From NCBI GenBank assembly GCA_963777315.1, contig CAVZQC010000002.1, positions 672,001 through 736,000 on the forward strand: a DNA stretch of 64,000 nt, read 5' to 3'. Source of the DNA: Vulcanimicrobiota bacterium (lineage in GTDB: Bacteria > Vulcanimicrobiota > Vulcanimicrobiia > Vulcanimicrobiales > Vulcanimicrobiaceae). Below the pieces are notes generated by a model that saw only the letters and a list, made by a program, of their open reading frames with translations, did not search any database and was not told where the DNA came from. The stretch's first letter is position 1; each line of letters opens with the position of its first letter. Positions 38,705-49,980 of the stretch are shown here, one piece after another. The position numbers and the translations under genes were made by a program.

Positions 38705-41338
38705 ATGAATGTAGACCGAATGACTGAGCGCGTTCAAGACGCGCTCAATGCCGCGTATACTCGCGCGCTCAACGAGCACAATACGCAGACGGCTCCCGAG
38801 CACTTGCTTGCCGCGCTGCTGGATCAGGATCGCGGCATTGCGCCCGACATCATCAAAGAGGCGGGCGTCGATCCCAAAGTCGTCGCAGCCAAAGCCGACG
38901 ATGCCACCGCGCGGCTTCCCAGGCTGACCGGTTCCAACGCCGATCAAGCCACCGTCACGGTTTCTCCCGAACTCACGCGCCTGCTCTCACTGGCAGAGAA
39001 CGACGCCAAACAGCTGCAAGACGATTATGTTTCGGTCGAGCACTTGCTGCTGGCCATGGCGGAAACCAACGGAACTGCCGGAAGAATTTTGCGCGAGACC
39101 GGGCTCACGCGCGACAAATTGCTCGGCGCTCTGCGCACCGTGCGCGGAAACCAGCGCGTCACCACCCAAAACCCGGAAGGCACGTACAAAAGCCTCGAGC
39201 GTTACGGGCGCGATCTCACCCTGGAAGCCGAGCGCGGCAAACTCGATCCCGTCATCGGACGCGACGATGAAATACGGCGCGTCATCCAAGTGCTCTCGCG
39301 GCGCACCAAAAACAACCCGGTGCTGATCGGCGATCCCGGCGTCGGCAAGACCGCCATCGTCGAGGGACTGGCCCAGCGGATCGTTCGCCGCGACGTTCCC
39401 GAAGGCTTGAAAGACAAGCGCATCGTCGCGTTGGACATGGGCGCGCTGATCGCCGGCGCCAAGTATCGCGGCGAATTCGAGGAGCGCCTCAAAGCGGTGC
39501 TCAAAGACGTGCAGAATTCCGAGGGACAGATTCTGCTGTTCGTCGACGAGCTGCACACGGTTGTCGGAGCCGGCAAAGCGGAGGGCGCGATGGACGCGGG
39601 CAATCTGCTCAAACCGATGCTCGCTCGCGGCGAACTGCACATGATCGGTGCGACGACCCTGAACGAGTACCGCAAATACGTCGAAAAGGATGCCGCGCTC
39701 GAACGGCGCTTCCAGCCCGTGTTCGTGGGACAGCCCAGCGTCGAGGACACGATCTCGATTCTACGCGGACTCAAGGAGAAGTACGAAGCGCATCACGGCG
39801 TTCGGATCAAAGACTCCGCGCTCGTGGCCGCGGCGACGCTGTCCAACCGCTATATCAGTGACAGATTTCTGCCCGACAAGGCGATCGATCTGGTTGACGA
39901 AGCCGCCGCCAAGTTACGCACGGAGATCGATTCGATGCCCCAGGAGCTCGACGAGCTGCGGCGTCGCGTCATGCAGCTGGAGATCGAACGTGAAGCGTTG
40001 CGCAAGGAAAGCGATACCGCCAGCAAACACCGCTTGGAGCAGCTGGAGAAAGAATTGGCGGACCTGCGCGAGGACCAGATGCAGCTGCAGGCGCGCTGGC
40101 AGAGCGAGAAGACGGCAGCGATGAAACTGCGCGAACTCCGCGAGCAGATCGAGCAGACGAAGGTGCAGATAGAGCAAGCCGAACGCCAATACGATCTCAA
40201 TCGCGTCGCGGAACTGCGCTACGGCAAACTGTCTTCGCTTGAAAAGCAGCTGCACGATGAGGAAGAGCGCTTGTCGTCGCGCGACGGCCATACGCGGCTT
40301 TCCAAAGAGGAAGTCGACGAAGAGGATATCGCCGAGGTGATAAGCCGCTGGACCGGCATCCCGGTAACCAAATTGCTCGAAGGCGAAGTGCAGAAACTGC
40401 TGCATTTGGACGACGAGTTGCACAAGCGCGTCATCGGACAGGACGAGGCCGTCGACGCGGTCGCAGAGGCCGTCGTGCGTTCGCGCTCGGGTCTGGCCGA
40501 CCCGAATCGGCCCATCGGCTCGTTTATTTTCCTGGGACCGACCGGCGTGGGGAAAACCGAACTTGCGCGCGCGCTGGCCGAGTATCTGTTCGACGACGAA
40601 CGCGCCATGATCCGCATCGACATGTCGGAGTATCAGGAGCGGCATACCGTTGCGCGGCTGCTGGGAGCGCCTCCGGGATACGTCGGTTTCGAAGAAGGCG
40701 GCCAGCTGACCGAAGCCGTTCGCCGCCGGCCCTACAGCGTGGTGTTGTTCGACGAGATCGAAAAGGCGCACGCCGACGTCTTCAACGTGTTCCTGCAGAT
40801 CCTCGACGACGGGCGCCTGACGGATGGCCAAGGGCGCACGGTCGATTTCCGCAACACGATCGTCATCATGACCTCAAACGTCGGCAGCCACCGCATACTG
40901 GACTACAAGGGCGAGGTCGGCGCGGCGGAATACGCCGTCATGCGCGCCACGGTGCTGGACGAACTGCGCCAGCACTTCCGTCCGGAGTTTCTCAATCGCG
41001 TGGACGAGGTGATCGTATTTCACGCGCTTACCGAGGAGGAGCTCGGGAAAATCATCGAGATACAATTGCGCCGCGTTCGCCGCCGGCTGGCCCAGCGGCG
41101 TATCGAACTCGAGCTGACCGATGCGGCAAAGCGCCATCTGGTCAAGACGGGATACGATCCGGTTTACGGCGCTCGACCGCTCAAACGGGCGATACAGAAA
41201 GAACTCGAAACGCCGCTGGGGCGCAAAATTCTCGCGGGAGACGTTCAGGACGGGCAGAAAGTCGTGGTCGACTACGACGACATTCGCGGTGAACTGACGT
41301 TTTTGGCCGAGCCGGCCGGCGAACCGGTACTGATTTAA
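38705..41338 (+). CDS. clpB: chaperone ClpB
   Basis: Two AAA modules ('GDPGVGKT','GPTGVGKT'), long coiled-coil M domain, 'GAPPGYVG'. Confidence 0.97.
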   Translation: MNVDRMTERVQDALNAAYTRALNEHNTQTAPEHLLAALLDQDRGIAPDIIKEAGVDPKVVAAKADDATARLPRLTGSNADQATVTVSPELTRLLSLAENDAKQLQDDYVSVEHLLLAMAETNGTAGRILRETGLTRDKLLGALRTVRGNQRVTTQNPEGTYKSLERYGRDLTLEAERGKLDPVIGRDDEIRRVIQVLSRRTKNNPVLIGDPGVGKTAIVEGLAQRIVRRDVPEGLKDKRIVALDMGALIAGAKYRGEFEERLKAVLKDVQNSEGQILLFVDELHTVVGAGKAEGAMDAGNLLKPMLARGELHMIGATTLNEYRKYVEKDAALERRFQPVFVGQPSVEDTISILRGLKEKYEAHHGVRIKDSALVAAATLSNRYISDRFLPDKAIDLVDEAAAKLRTEIDSMPQELDELRRRVMQLEIEREALRKESDTASKHRLEQLEKELADLREDQMQLQARWQSEKTAAMKLRELREQIEQTKVQIEQAERQYDLNRVAELRYGKLSSLEKQLHDEEERLSSRDGHTRLSKEEVDEEDIAEVISRWTGIPVTKLLEGEVQKLLHLDDELHKRVIGQDEAVDAVAEAVVRSRSGLADPNRPIGSFIFLGPTGVGKTELARALAEYLFDDERAMIRIDMSEYQERHTVARLLGAPPGYVGFEEGGQLTEAVRRRPYSVVLFDEIEKAHADVFNVFLQILDDGRLTDGQGRTVDFRNTIVIMTSNVGSHRILDYKGEVGAAEYAVMRATVLDELRQHFRPEFLNRVDEVIVFHALTEEELGKIIEIQLRRVRRRLAQRRIELELTDAAKRHLVKTGYDPVYGARPLKRAIQKELETPLGRKILAGDVQDGQKVVVDYDDIRGELTFLAEPAGEPVLI

Positions 41339-41343
41339 AGGGG

Positions 41344-41937
41344 TTAAGGCCTTTTCGAACTGCCGATGTAGGTTGGTAAGCCGTCTTGCATCGGGAACAG
41401 CGATTCGAATGAAGATAGCTTCGCGTGCGGCATATGCTTGGGATAGTTCCCCTGCGCGTGCTTTTTGCTCCACTGCAGTGCGGCGACGTGAAGGTATTCG
41501 AAGTTCTCCCAAATCGCAGCGCCCGCGTGGTGTCGCGCCAGGGCGGTTATGGGCTCCATCAACTCCCACGCTTGCTGGATGCGAAACGAATACACGTCCA
41601 GGAACGCGTCCACCGGAATGAGATGGTTTTTCACCAGACTCCCGACCCAGTCGTAGGAATTTCCGAGCTGCAGCCAAGCCACGTTGCGGTCGAACGTGTT
41701 ATCGATGACGCTGGCGACGTATTGCGCGTCCCCCAGCAGTATCGGCAATTGACGCTGCGTTTCGGTCAGCCAGGCGTTGAAGTTCGCATCTTCGACCCGC
41801 GCGAGGACGCTGAGCAACCCTTCGAGCTGATTGGACGCGCGCATATGGCGTAACTGAAAAACGGCAGCCAGGGCCGTCGCCGCGATGACGACGAACGTGC
41901 CCAAGGCCGCGACCGTATTGACCACCTGAAGAGACAT
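41344..41937 (-). CDS. membrane-anchored hypothetical protein (DUF4760-like)
   Basis: N-terminal TM 'GTFVVIAATALAAVFQLRH', 'WENFEYL'. Confidence 0.7.
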   Translation of the reverse strand: MSLQVVNTVAALGTFVVIAATALAAVFQLRHMRASNQLEGLLSVLARVEDANFNAWLTETQRQLPILLGDAQYVASVIDNTFDRNVAWLQLGNSYDWVGSLVKNHLIPVDAFLDVYSFRIQQAWELMEPITALARHHAGAAIWENFEYLHVAALQWSKKHAQGNYPKHMPHAKLSSFESLFPMQDGLPTYIGSSKRP

Positions 41938-41947
41938 CAGCTCGTAC

Positions 41948-43789
41948 CTATGCGTGCTCGGCCGCGCCCAGAACGGCAACGCGCTTGCGCTGGCGCAAAC
42001 GATCGGTCTCGTTCAACAGGCGCTTGCGCACCCGAATCGATTTGGGCGTGATCTCCACGAGCTCGTCGTCTTCGATAAACTCGATCGCGCGTTCGAGCGA
42101 CGGCTCTTCGGGCGGAGGCAGCTTCACGTTCTCGTCCGAACCGGCAGCGCGCATGTTGGTCAGCTTCTTTTCGCGTACGACGTTGAGGGCGATGTCTTTG
42201 TCGTCGTTGGCGCGCCCGACGACCATGCCTTCGTACACGTCGACGCCCGGCCCGACGAAAAATCGTCCTCGCTGCTCCAGGCCCATGAGCGCGTAAGCCG
42301 TGACGCGCCCGGTGTCGCTGGCGACGAGCGCGCCGACGGTGCGCCCGGGCAATTCTCCTTGCCATTCCTGGTGGTCGTAATACGTGTGCGACATGACGGC
42401 GGTGCCGCGCGTGAGCGTGAGCAGCTCGCCGCGCAAACCGAAAATGGCCCGGGTGGGCATCGTATATTCCAAACGCCGCGAATCGGCGACGTTGATCATG
42501 TTCGACATGATGGCTTTGCGCTTGCCCAGCGCTTCGATGACCGATCCTTCGTAATCGGAGGGCACGTCCACCACGACGTACTCGACGGGTTCCCACTTCT
42601 TGCCGTCGCGTTCGGTTACGATGACCTGGGGCTTTGAAACCTGCAGTTCGTAGCCTTCGCGGCGCATCGTTTCGATCAGGATCGACAGATGCAGCTCGCC
42701 GCGTCCGCGCACTTCGAAGGTGTCGGCGGTATCGGTATCCGCAACCCGCAGCGCGACGTTGGATTCCAATTCGCGCATGAGGCGCTCGCGAATCTGCCTA
42801 GAGGTGAGGTACTTGCCTTCCTTGCCGGCGAACGGCGAATTGTTGACGCTGAAAAACATCGACACGGTCGGCTCGTCGACTGAAACGGCGTGCACGCCTT
42901 CGGCGGCAGTGAGATCGGCGATCGTATCACCGATGTTCAGCCCTTCGATGCCCGACACGCAGACGATGTCCCCGGCGGAGGCTTCCTCGACCTCGACGCG
43001 TTCCAGACCTTGGAACGTCAGCAGTTTGGTCAACCGCAGCCCGCTTTCGACTTTGCCTTCGCGCGTGACCTTGGCGATCGGAGCGTTGACCTTGGCGCTT
43101 CCGCGGAATACTCGGCCAATGCCGATTCGGCCGACGTATTGGTTATGGTCGATCGCCGAAACCAGCATTTGGAAGCCGCCCTCTTCGGCGGGCGCTTCCG
43201 GAACGCGATCGCGGATCACCGCGAAGAGCGGCTCGAGGTCATCGCCGTCGTCCTGCGGGCTGCGCTTGGCAATGCCCAGTTTGGCGTTGGTGAAGACGAC
43301 CGGAAAATCGGCTTGCTCGTCGTTGGCTCCAAGCTCGATGAAGAGGTCGAATACTTCGTTGACGACCTCGGTGGGACGCGCGTCTTTCCGGTCGATTTTG
43401 TTGACGACGACGATCGCCCGCAGGTCGAGTTCGAGCGCTTTGCGCAGCACGAAACGCGTTTGCGGCATAACGCCTTCGGCCGCGTCGACCAGCAGCAGCA
43501 CGCCTTGCACCATCTGCAGCACCCGTTCGACCTCGCCGCCGAAGTCCGAATGTCCGGGCGTATCGACGATGTTGAACTTCACGGCGCCGTGCCGCACCGA
43601 CGTGTTTTTGGCCAGGATCGTTATGCCGCGCTCGCGCTCGAGCGGGTTGGAATCCATGATGCGGGTCTGAACGTTCTGGCCCTGCCGGAAGACGCCGCTC
43701 TGCTTGAGCATGGCGTCGACCAGGGTGGTTTTACCGTGGTCGACGTGCGCGATGATCGCCACGTTGCGAATGTCCGGGCGCGTGTTCAT
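41948..43789 (-). CDS. typA: translational GTPase TypA/BipA
   Basis: '[16 protein letters not shown]', 'GRGELHL', '[10 protein letters not shown]', 'DELVEITP'. Confidence 0.97.
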   Translation of the reverse strand: MNTRPDIRNVAIIAHVDHGKTTLVDAMLKQSGVFRQGQNVQTRIMDSNPLERERGITILAKNTSVRHGAVKFNIVDTPGHSDFGGEVERVLQMVQGVLLLVDAAEGVMPQTRFVLRKALELDLRAIVVVNKIDRKDARPTEVVNEVFDLFIELGANDEQADFPVVFTNAKLGIAKRSPQDDGDDLEPLFAVIRDRVPEAPAEEGGFQMLVSAIDHNQYVGRIGIGRVFRGSAKVNAPIAKVTREGKVESGLRLTKLLTFQGLERVEVEEASAGDIVCVSGIEGLNIGDTIADLTAAEGVHAVSVDEPTVSMFFSVNNSPFAGKEGKYLTSRQIRERLMRELESNVALRVADTDTADTFEVRGRGELHLSILIETMRREGYELQVSKPQVIVTERDGKKWEPVEYVVVDVPSDYEGSVIEALGKRKAIMSNMINVADSRRLEYTMPTRAIFGLRGELLTLTRGTAVMSHTYYDHQEWQGELPGRTVGALVASDTGRVTAYALMGLEQRGRFFVGPGVDVYEGMVVGRANDDKDIALNVVREKKLTNMRAAGSDENVKLPPPEEPSLERAIEFIEDDELVEITPKSIRVRKRLLNETDRLRQRKRVAVLGAAEHA

Positions 43790-43800
43790 ACTCTTACGTT

Positions 43801-45090
43801 TTACACGCCCGCGCGCGGAAGCGCAAACCAAAAAGTCGTAAGCTTATTGGGTTCGCTGTCGTAGTCGATGCTGCCGTGCATGAGCGATACCAGCTCCGAG
43901 CAGATATACAGGCCCAGGCCAATCGACGCATCGCTTTCTCCGCCCGCGCGGCCGAAGCGAGTAAAAATCTTCTTTCGGTCTTCTTCGGAAACCCCGGGGC
44001 CTTCGTTTTTCACTGCAAACGTCACGCAATCGTGGGACGCTTTGATTTCGACCGCGATGACCGATTCGGCCGTGGAGTATTTGGCGGCGTTGGACAGTAT
44101 GTTGGTCAGCACTTGGACGACGCGCCCTTCATCCGCATACACGCGAGGCAGCGGCGCCAGATAGAGGATGCGAAATTCTCTTTCCGGATGCTGGCTTTCC
44201 ATTCGTTTGACGGATTCCTCGACGACCAGAATGGGGTCCACGTTCTCCAGGCGCAGCGTAAGCCGGCCGGCATCCATCCGCGAAAGAAGTAAGAAGTCTT
44301 CGAAGATAGCCGACAGGCGCGCTGTGGCCGAACTCAGCACGCCGAGCAGTTCGTCGCGGCGTTCCACCGTCAGGGAATCGAAATGCGACGCGACCAGCGC
44401 GGTGGCGCCGCGAATGGCGGCCAGCGGGGAACGCACTTCGTGTGCGACCATGCTGAAGAACTCGCTCTGCGCGCGCGACGTTTGTTCCATCAAGCGGCGC
44501 CGTTCGATTTCGGCCGCGTGTCCGCGCGCGTTATCGAGCGCAAGTCCGACCAGGTTAACGAAGAGCTGCATTTCGCGCAACGTCTCGTCCGAGGGGACGC
44601 GGCCGTCCAGCGGCCCGTCGACCGAGATGTAGCCCAGCATTTCACCGGCCCGGTCGGGAAGAACCAGGGTCAGCGAATCGTGCTCGTGCCACATTCCCGG
44701 CCCGGCACGTTTCTTGTCGAGTGGAACGTCGGCCGTGTAGAGATTGTAATCCCAGATTTGCGGACGCTCGGCCGGGATGTAAAAGCAGTGCGGCACCACT
44801 TCATATGCCGGAAGCAGCAGTTGCACGATGGCTTCGCGCGGCACCGGTTCGCCCAGGCGTTCCCTTACCGTCTCTTCCGGAAAACCGATGATCACCCGCC
44901 GCGACATCTCGCCGCGCGGTACGTCGGATGCCACCATCGAAACGTAGCGCCACCCGTACAGCTCCGAAAGGCCGCGCGCGATCGAGTTGAGCGCGGGGCC
45001 GATGTCCTCGGCCTGGCGGATCTCGCCGGTGATTTCAAAGAGCCGCTGCAGCGTACGGCCTTCGTGCGATTGCTCGCGCAGAGTCCCCAC
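43801..45090 (-). CDS. GAF-containing sensor histidine kinase (no adjacent response regulator)
   Basis: H-box 'AHEVRSPL', N-box 'NILSNAAKY', 'GPGV', 'GLGLYI'; start uncertain. Confidence 0.9.
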   Translation of the reverse strand: MGTLREQSHEGRTLQRLFEITGEIRQAEDIGPALNSIARGLSELYGWRYVSMVASDVPRGEMSRRVIIGFPEETVRERLGEPVPREAIVQLLLPAYEVVPHCFYIPAERPQIWDYNLYTADVPLDKKRAGPGMWHEHDSLTLVLPDRAGEMLGYISVDGPLDGRVPSDETLREMQLFVNLVGLALDNARGHAAEIERRRLMEQTSRAQSEFFSMVAHEVRSPLAAIRGATALVASHFDSLTVERRDELLGVLSSATARLSAIFEDFLLLSRMDAGRLTLRLENVDPILVVEESVKRMESQHPEREFRILYLAPLPRVYADEGRVVQVLTNILSNAAKYSTAESVIAVEIKASHDCVTFAVKNEGPGVSEEDRKKIFTRFGRAGGESDASIGLGLYICSELVSLMHGSIDYDSEPNKLTTFWFALPRAGV

Positions 45091-45159
45091 GATTGGATAT
45101 ACTTCGCCGGATGCCGCGCAAATAGCCTTTGCGGCGCGCGGCGCGGGTATAACGCCGAA

Positions 45160-45996
45160 ATGCGAGCGGCCTGGCGCGTTTTGCGCGCCACCATCAATGG
45201 CTGGCACAAACACAATGACAGCCGTCTGGCGGCTGCGCTGGCCTTTTATGCGGTTTTCTCCCTTGCGCCGCTGCTGCTGCTCATAATCGCGGCCGTCGGA
45301 CTGATTTACGGCAGCACTCGCGCGCAGGAGGAGATCCAGAACCAGCTCACCGGCGTCATCGGAACGACGGGCTCAAGCGTCGTGCACGTACTGCTGGGCG
45401 CGTTTTCGCGGCACGGTCCCGGACGCCTTACGCTGTTTGTGGGCGGCCTGCTGATCGTCGTGTATGCGGCCGGCCTTTTTCTGCAACTGCAAAACGCGCT
45501 CGACGACATTTGGGAGGTCAAAGAGGCGGATAAGGGAGGCATCGTACGCGTCGTGCTTTTCCGCGCGCACGTGTTGCTGACTATTGCGGCGCTGGCGATT
45601 ATTGCGATGGGAGCGTTTGCAGGCGTCGATTTGATGGCGGCTTTGGCGCGGTCGGCCGGCGGGTCCCCGGTGGCGGCGCATCGCGCCATCGAAACGGCCA
45701 GCATCTTGCTCAACATCGGCGCGCTGGCTGCGTTTTTGACCATTACGTATCGTACGCTGCCGCAAATCGACGTCGGATGGACGAGCGCGGCAATCGGCGG
45801 GATCATCACGACCGTCACGCTCGTATTGGGTGAAGCGGGCCTTTCGCTGTACTTTGCGCACGCGCATCCCGAGGCAGCGTACGGAACGGTTGCATCGTTC
45901 GTCATCCTGCTGCTATGGGTGCACTATTCGGCCGTGCTGCTGCTATTCGGCGCGGAGCTTACCCGCACCATCGAAACCGGTGCGGCTTCGCCTTAA
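45160..45996 (+). CDS. YihY/BrkB family membrane protein
   Basis: 'AAALAFYAVFSLAPLL', 'LQNALDDIW', 'YG...LLWVHYS..LLFGAE'. Confidence 0.9.
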   Translation: MRAAWRVLRATINGWHKHNDSRLAAALAFYAVFSLAPLLLLIIAAVGLIYGSTRAQEEIQNQLTGVIGTTGSSVVHVLLGAFSRHGPGRLTLFVGGLLIVVYAAGLFLQLQNALDDIWEVKEADKGGIVRVVLFRAHVLLTIAALAIIAMGAFAGVDLMAALARSAGGSPVAAHRAIETASILLNIGALAAFLTITYRTLPQIDVGWTSAAIGGIITTVTLVLGEAGLSLYFAHAHPEAAYGTVASFVILLLWVHYSAVLLLFGAELTRTIETGAASP

Positions 45997-46637
45997 TCGC
46001 CGGACGTTTTACGTTTCCTAGAGTCGCGCATCACTTGCGCCGTAGCGCGGTCGAGCGCATCGCTCGACGATTCCAGTGCCTCGATTGCGCCGGCTGCGTC
46101 TGCGTCCTCCGCGTGCTGGCTCATTTTCCACTTGCCGTACAGTCGCTCTATGACGAACGTCAATCCCACGATGCCGTCGAGCTGCGAACGAATGTATTCC
46201 GCCGGAGCATCGCTCACGCGCCATGGTGCTTCCCGACCGGTTTCGTGAAGATCCGTCAACCGCGTAACGAGCGCGAGCAGCTCCGTGCGGTCTTCAATGG
46301 CCTGCAGCGTTCCGTGTGCGTGCACGGCGACGTAATTCCAGGTAGGCACGGTCTTGCCGGTTTCCCGAGTGGTGGCGTAAAACGCGGGGCTCAGATATGC
46401 ATCGGGACCGGTAAAGATTGCCAGGGCTTCACCGCCGTGCCGCCACTGTTCATTTCCCCTGGACACGTGGCACAACAGCCTGCCGTACGGTTTCGGTTCT
46501 TCATTCAGCATCATCGGCAAATGGCTTGCGAACAAGCCGCTCGGACCGTGTGTGACCAAGGTTGCCAGCCGCGTCGCGCGGATCGCGCGGTGAATCGCTT
46601 CGATGTCGTGCTGGCGAAAATGCGGCGGCAAATACAC
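45993..46637 (-). CDS. PaiB-like FMN/heme-binding split-barrel protein
   Basis: 'MYLPPHF', 'ASHLP', 'VPTWNYVAVH', 'GKWKMSQ'. Confidence 0.9.
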   Translation of the reverse strand: MYLPPHFRQHDIEAIHRAIRATRLATLVTHGPSGLFASHLPMMLNEEPKPYGRLLCHVSRGNEQWRHGGEALAIFTGPDAYLSPAFYATTRETGKTVPTWNYVAVHAHGTLQAIEDRTELLALVTRLTDLHETGREAPWRVSDAPAEYIRSQLDGIVGLTFVIERLYGKWKMSQHAEDADAAGAIEALESSSDALDRATAQVMRDSRKRKTSGD

Positions 46638-48067
46638 TAGCCGATATCCCGCAAGATGCCGCGCAGCGCGTCGAGCAGCACGTCGAAATCGGCCTGTGTG
46701 GAGCGATGGTTGGTGATGCAGACGCGCATTGCGCGACGGCCGCCGATCGTCGTGGCCGAAATGACTGCCGCGCCGCTCTCCTGCAAACGAATTACCGCTT
46801 CATCCGTGAGGCGATCGGCTTGCGGCTGCGGCATGCCTGTTGCGTTCGGGCGAAAACACACGATGTTCAGCTCCACCGGCGCAGCGAGTTCGAACGCCGG
46901 ATCGGCGGCTACTCGCGACTCCAAATAGCGCGCTTGTTCGCAATTGCGTTCGATCGCCCGAGCGAGCGCGTCTGCGCCATGCTCCTTGATGGTGAACCAA
47001 ACTTTGAGCGCGCGGAATCCCCGCGAGAGATCGGGTCCGTAATCGGTGAACCATGGTGAGCCGCCCGCTAGACCGCGCGACGCTCGCGTCAGGTATGGGC
47101 CCTCGGAGGCGAAGGCCGCGCGTTGCATCTCGCCGTCGCGCACCAGCACGCAGCCGGCATCGTACGGCACGTGCAGCCATTTGTGAAAATCGAAGGCAAT
47201 GGAATCGGCGCTCTCGATGCCGCGCAGTTTCGGCCGAATTGTCGTGGAAAGGTATGCAGGTGCGCCAAGCGCGCCGTCGATGTGAAACCACACGCGTTCG
47301 TCATGGGCGACGTTTGCCAGCCCGTCGAGCGGATCGATGGCTCCGACGTCGACCGTGCCCGCGTTGCCGATAAGCAAAAACGGCCGCAAACCGGCTGCGC
47401 GATCGGCGCGAATCTGCTTTCGCGCTGCCTTGGGATCGACCCGATGCGACGCATCGGCCGGCAATACGCGAAGGTTCGCGCCGCCCAATCCGGCATTTTC
47501 GAACGCCTTGCGCACCGAAGCGTGCGTTGCGCTCGACGCGTATCCCACCAGTTGCGAGTGGCCTTGATCCAGTCCGTTCTCGCGCACCTGCGCGCCCAGC
47601 GCAGCGTTTCGAGCAACCACGATTGCGATGAAATTTGCGGCTGAAGTTCCGGTCACGAGCAAACCACCCGCAGTGGCGGGCCAGCCGAACAGATCGCGAA
47701 ACCAGCCGATGACTTGCCGTTCCACGTATACCGCACCGTGATCGCGGCCGCCGACGTTGGCGTTCATCGTGGCGGCCAGCAAATCCGCAAGCGCTCCCGA
47801 CGGCGAACCGGTACCGTGCACCCAACCCCAAAAACGCGGATGGATGTTCCCGGTCGCGTACGGCATGACGTCGAGCGAAAACTCGCGATAAACGTCTTCG
47901 AAGCTCGACGGCTCGCTCGGAAGCGGCGATGAAAGCCGGGCCTTGACTTCTTGCGGCACCGGACGCCACACGGGGCGCTCGCGTACGTCGCGCAGATAGT
48001 CGACCGCGTCGTCGAGCGCGCGGTGCGCTTGCGCTCGAAAGCGTTCCCAATCAGCTGGATCGAGCAC
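46637..48067 (-). CDS. group II PLP-dependent amino-acid decarboxylase
   Basis: 'HPRFWGW', 'HASVRKA', 'GTVDVGAID', 'WFHIDGA', PLP Lys 'DFHKW'. Confidence 0.92.
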   Translation of the reverse strand: MLDPADWERFRAQAHRALDDAVDYLRDVRERPVWRPVPQEVKARLSSPLPSEPSSFEDVYREFSLDVMPYATGNIHPRFWGWVHGTGSPSGALADLLAATMNANVGGRDHGAVYVERQVIGWFRDLFGWPATAGGLLVTGTSAANFIAIVVARNAALGAQVRENGLDQGHSQLVGYASSATHASVRKAFENAGLGGANLRVLPADASHRVDPKAARKQIRADRAAGLRPFLLIGNAGTVDVGAIDPLDGLANVAHDERVWFHIDGALGAPAYLSTTIRPKLRGIESADSIAFDFHKWLHVPYDAGCVLVRDGEMQRAAFASEGPYLTRASRGLAGGSPWFTDYGPDLSRGFRALKVWFTIKEHGADALARAIERNCEQARYLESRVAADPAFELAAPVELNIVCFRPNATGMPQPQADRLTDEAVIRLQESGAAVISATTIGGRRAMRVCITNHRSTQADFDVLLDALRGILRDIG

Positions 48068-49325
48068 GGTCGATTAGACGTTCGAAGGCAGTGAATATGC
48101 GCTGTGCCGCAGGCCGCTTGTAGGCGTAGAGCGCCGGATCGTCGTTCGCGTGCACGATCATGGCCGGATCGGCTTCAAATACAAGGAGGCGGCCTTGACG
48201 GTCGATCGAGCAATCTAATCCGAAGTAGTCCAGCTGTACGACGCCGGCGAGATCGCGCAACGCTCGCTGCAGCGGCGGCCCGAAAACGGCTTCGAGGTCG
48301 TCCAAAAACCGGCGTTCTTCCTCGCGCATCCAAGCATGCTCGGCCATAGGCGCGTTGTAGTAGTGTATCATCCAGTTCGGTGAGATCGCCAGGTGGAACG
48401 GATACGGTTCGCCGTTTACGAAGATGATGCGGTACTTTCGAAAAAAGCCGTCTTCGCTGCGGTAATCGACGAAGGGCGTCAGGTAGTATTCGCGGGCTTC
48501 AACCGCAACCAGATACGCGTCCAGATCTTCGCTTTGCTCGATGCGCTTTAATCCGCGGCCCGCGTGCGACCCCAACGGCCGGATGAGCAGCGGAAAAGCG
48601 GTCGTGAAGTTCCTCTCGCGCACGTCGCTGCCGCAAACGACTTCGACGGCAGGCGCGAGCAACCCGGGGACGTTGCGCAATGCGTTTGCAAGGACGGCGC
48701 GGCCGGTAGCAAGGACGCGACTGGGCGCATTGAAAGACGGGATCGAAAGCCGTGACAGCGTCTGCTGCGCGAGTTCGAGCGCGACGAGGTTTTCTTCGGA
48801 TTCGGCGATCGCCATGAATGCCGCGTCCACTGCAGGCACTGGGGTGGCCTGGACCTGCTGCGTTGAGAGCAAGTAGAGCTTGTGCAGCGTCGTGGTCTGC
48901 CTATCAATCAAAAAGTCGACGGGCACATTGGCCTGCCAGTCGCCCGGCGCAAGTAGGACGAGCAGTCGCCTTTGTTCGCGCGGCGCGATCTCGCTGAACA
49001 ACGTTTCGCACGCGAGCGCCTGCCGTTGATGGCGTAGCGCAGCCGCATTGTCGCCCGCGATCTGCTCGAGTTCGTACATCGCCAAGTGCGCCGGCACGCT
49101 TTCCGGCTCGATTTCCAGCCAACGCGAGTATGCGCATTTCGCTTCGTCGTGCCGTCCGAGTTCGAACAGCGTGCGCGCGAGATTTGCCTGAACTTGCGCC
49201 AAGTGCGGCTGTTGGGCTGCCGCTTCGCGGAAGGCCGCGGCGGCTTCTTCCGTACGCCCTTGCGAGCGCAAAAGCACGCCTTGCCGGCTAAGCGCTATGA
49301 CGTGCGGATTCGGCGCGCTCACCAA
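48051..49325 (-). CDS. TPR + ATP-grasp (RimK/GshB-like) protein
   Basis: N-terminal TPR helices; 'FPLLIRPLGSHAGRGL', 'FRKYRIIFVNG', 'LDYFGLDC', 'VFEADP'. Confidence 0.82.
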   Translation of the reverse strand: MVSAPNPHVIALSRQGVLLRSQGRTEEAAAAFREAAAQQPHLAQVQANLARTLFELGRHDEAKCAYSRWLEIEPESVPAHLAMYELEQIAGDNAAALRHQRQALACETLFSEIAPREQRRLLVLLAPGDWQANVPVDFLIDRQTTTLHKLYLLSTQQVQATPVPAVDAAFMAIAESEENLVALELAQQTLSRLSIPSFNAPSRVLATGRAVLANALRNVPGLLAPAVEVVCGSDVRERNFTTAFPLLIRPLGSHAGRGLKRIEQSEDLDAYLVAVEAREYYLTPFVDYRSEDGFFRKYRIIFVNGEPYPFHLAISPNWMIHYYNAPMAEHAWMREEERRFLDDLEAVFGPPLQRALRDLAGVVQLDYFGLDCSIDRQGRLLVFEADPAMIVHANDDPALYAYKRPAAQRIFTAFERLIDRARSS

Positions 49326-49387
49326 ATTTTTATCCTCGGCGCTCGTACTCTCATCGATTTAGCAGACTTGCGCCGTAACCTTAAAGC

Positions 49388-49864
49388 ATGAAAACGCAGA
49401 TCATTCGCTCCGGCGTTGCGGCACTCGCTCTCGGCGCGGTGCTGGTCTCGGCAACGGGATTGCCGGCGAAAGCCGATACGAACTCCACTCGAACCATCAT
49501 CTACGGTGCAGCCGCTGCGGCGGCGGCGTTCACGCTCTATAACGTGGAGCATAAGCACGCTCTTGCAACGACGGTGCAAGGCTACCTGCCGGACGGCTCG
49601 GTCGTCTATGAGGACGGGCACGTCGTTTCCCCGAACGGGCAGAGCTGGTACCCGGGCAATTACGGCCAGACCGTCGCGTGCAGCAATCAGTACTGTTCGA
49701 TAAACGGCAGCAATAACGGTGGATACTACGGTTATAACAACGGCGGCTATAACAACGGCGGCTATAACAACACCGGCGGCTATTACGGCTACAACAACGG
49801 CGGGTATTACGGGCAAAGCACGGTTCGGCGCAGCGAACGCCATCGCGGAAATAATCCGAGCTGA
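49388..49864 (+). CDS. secreted protein with N/G/Y low-complexity repeats
   Basis: Signal peptide ending AKA|D; C-terminal (NNGGY)n / GGYYGY repeats at 49712-49813. Confidence 0.8.
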   Translation: MKTQIIRSGVAALALGAVLVSATGLPAKADTNSTRTIIYGAAAAAAAFTLYNVEHKHALATTVQGYLPDGSVVYEDGHVVSPNGQSWYPGNYGQTVACSNQYCSINGSNNGGYYGYNNGGYNNGGYNNTGGYYGYNNGGYYGQSTVRRSERHRGNNPS

Positions 49865-49980
49865 TTCGGCGCAGGCCGACGGTTCGCTGAAAGACGGAAC
49901 GTCGGTCCGCTCGGAACGGCGCCGCCGCTGAAAAAAGGCAAATAAGAGCAACGAAATTAACGAAGACCTCTGAAGATTAT

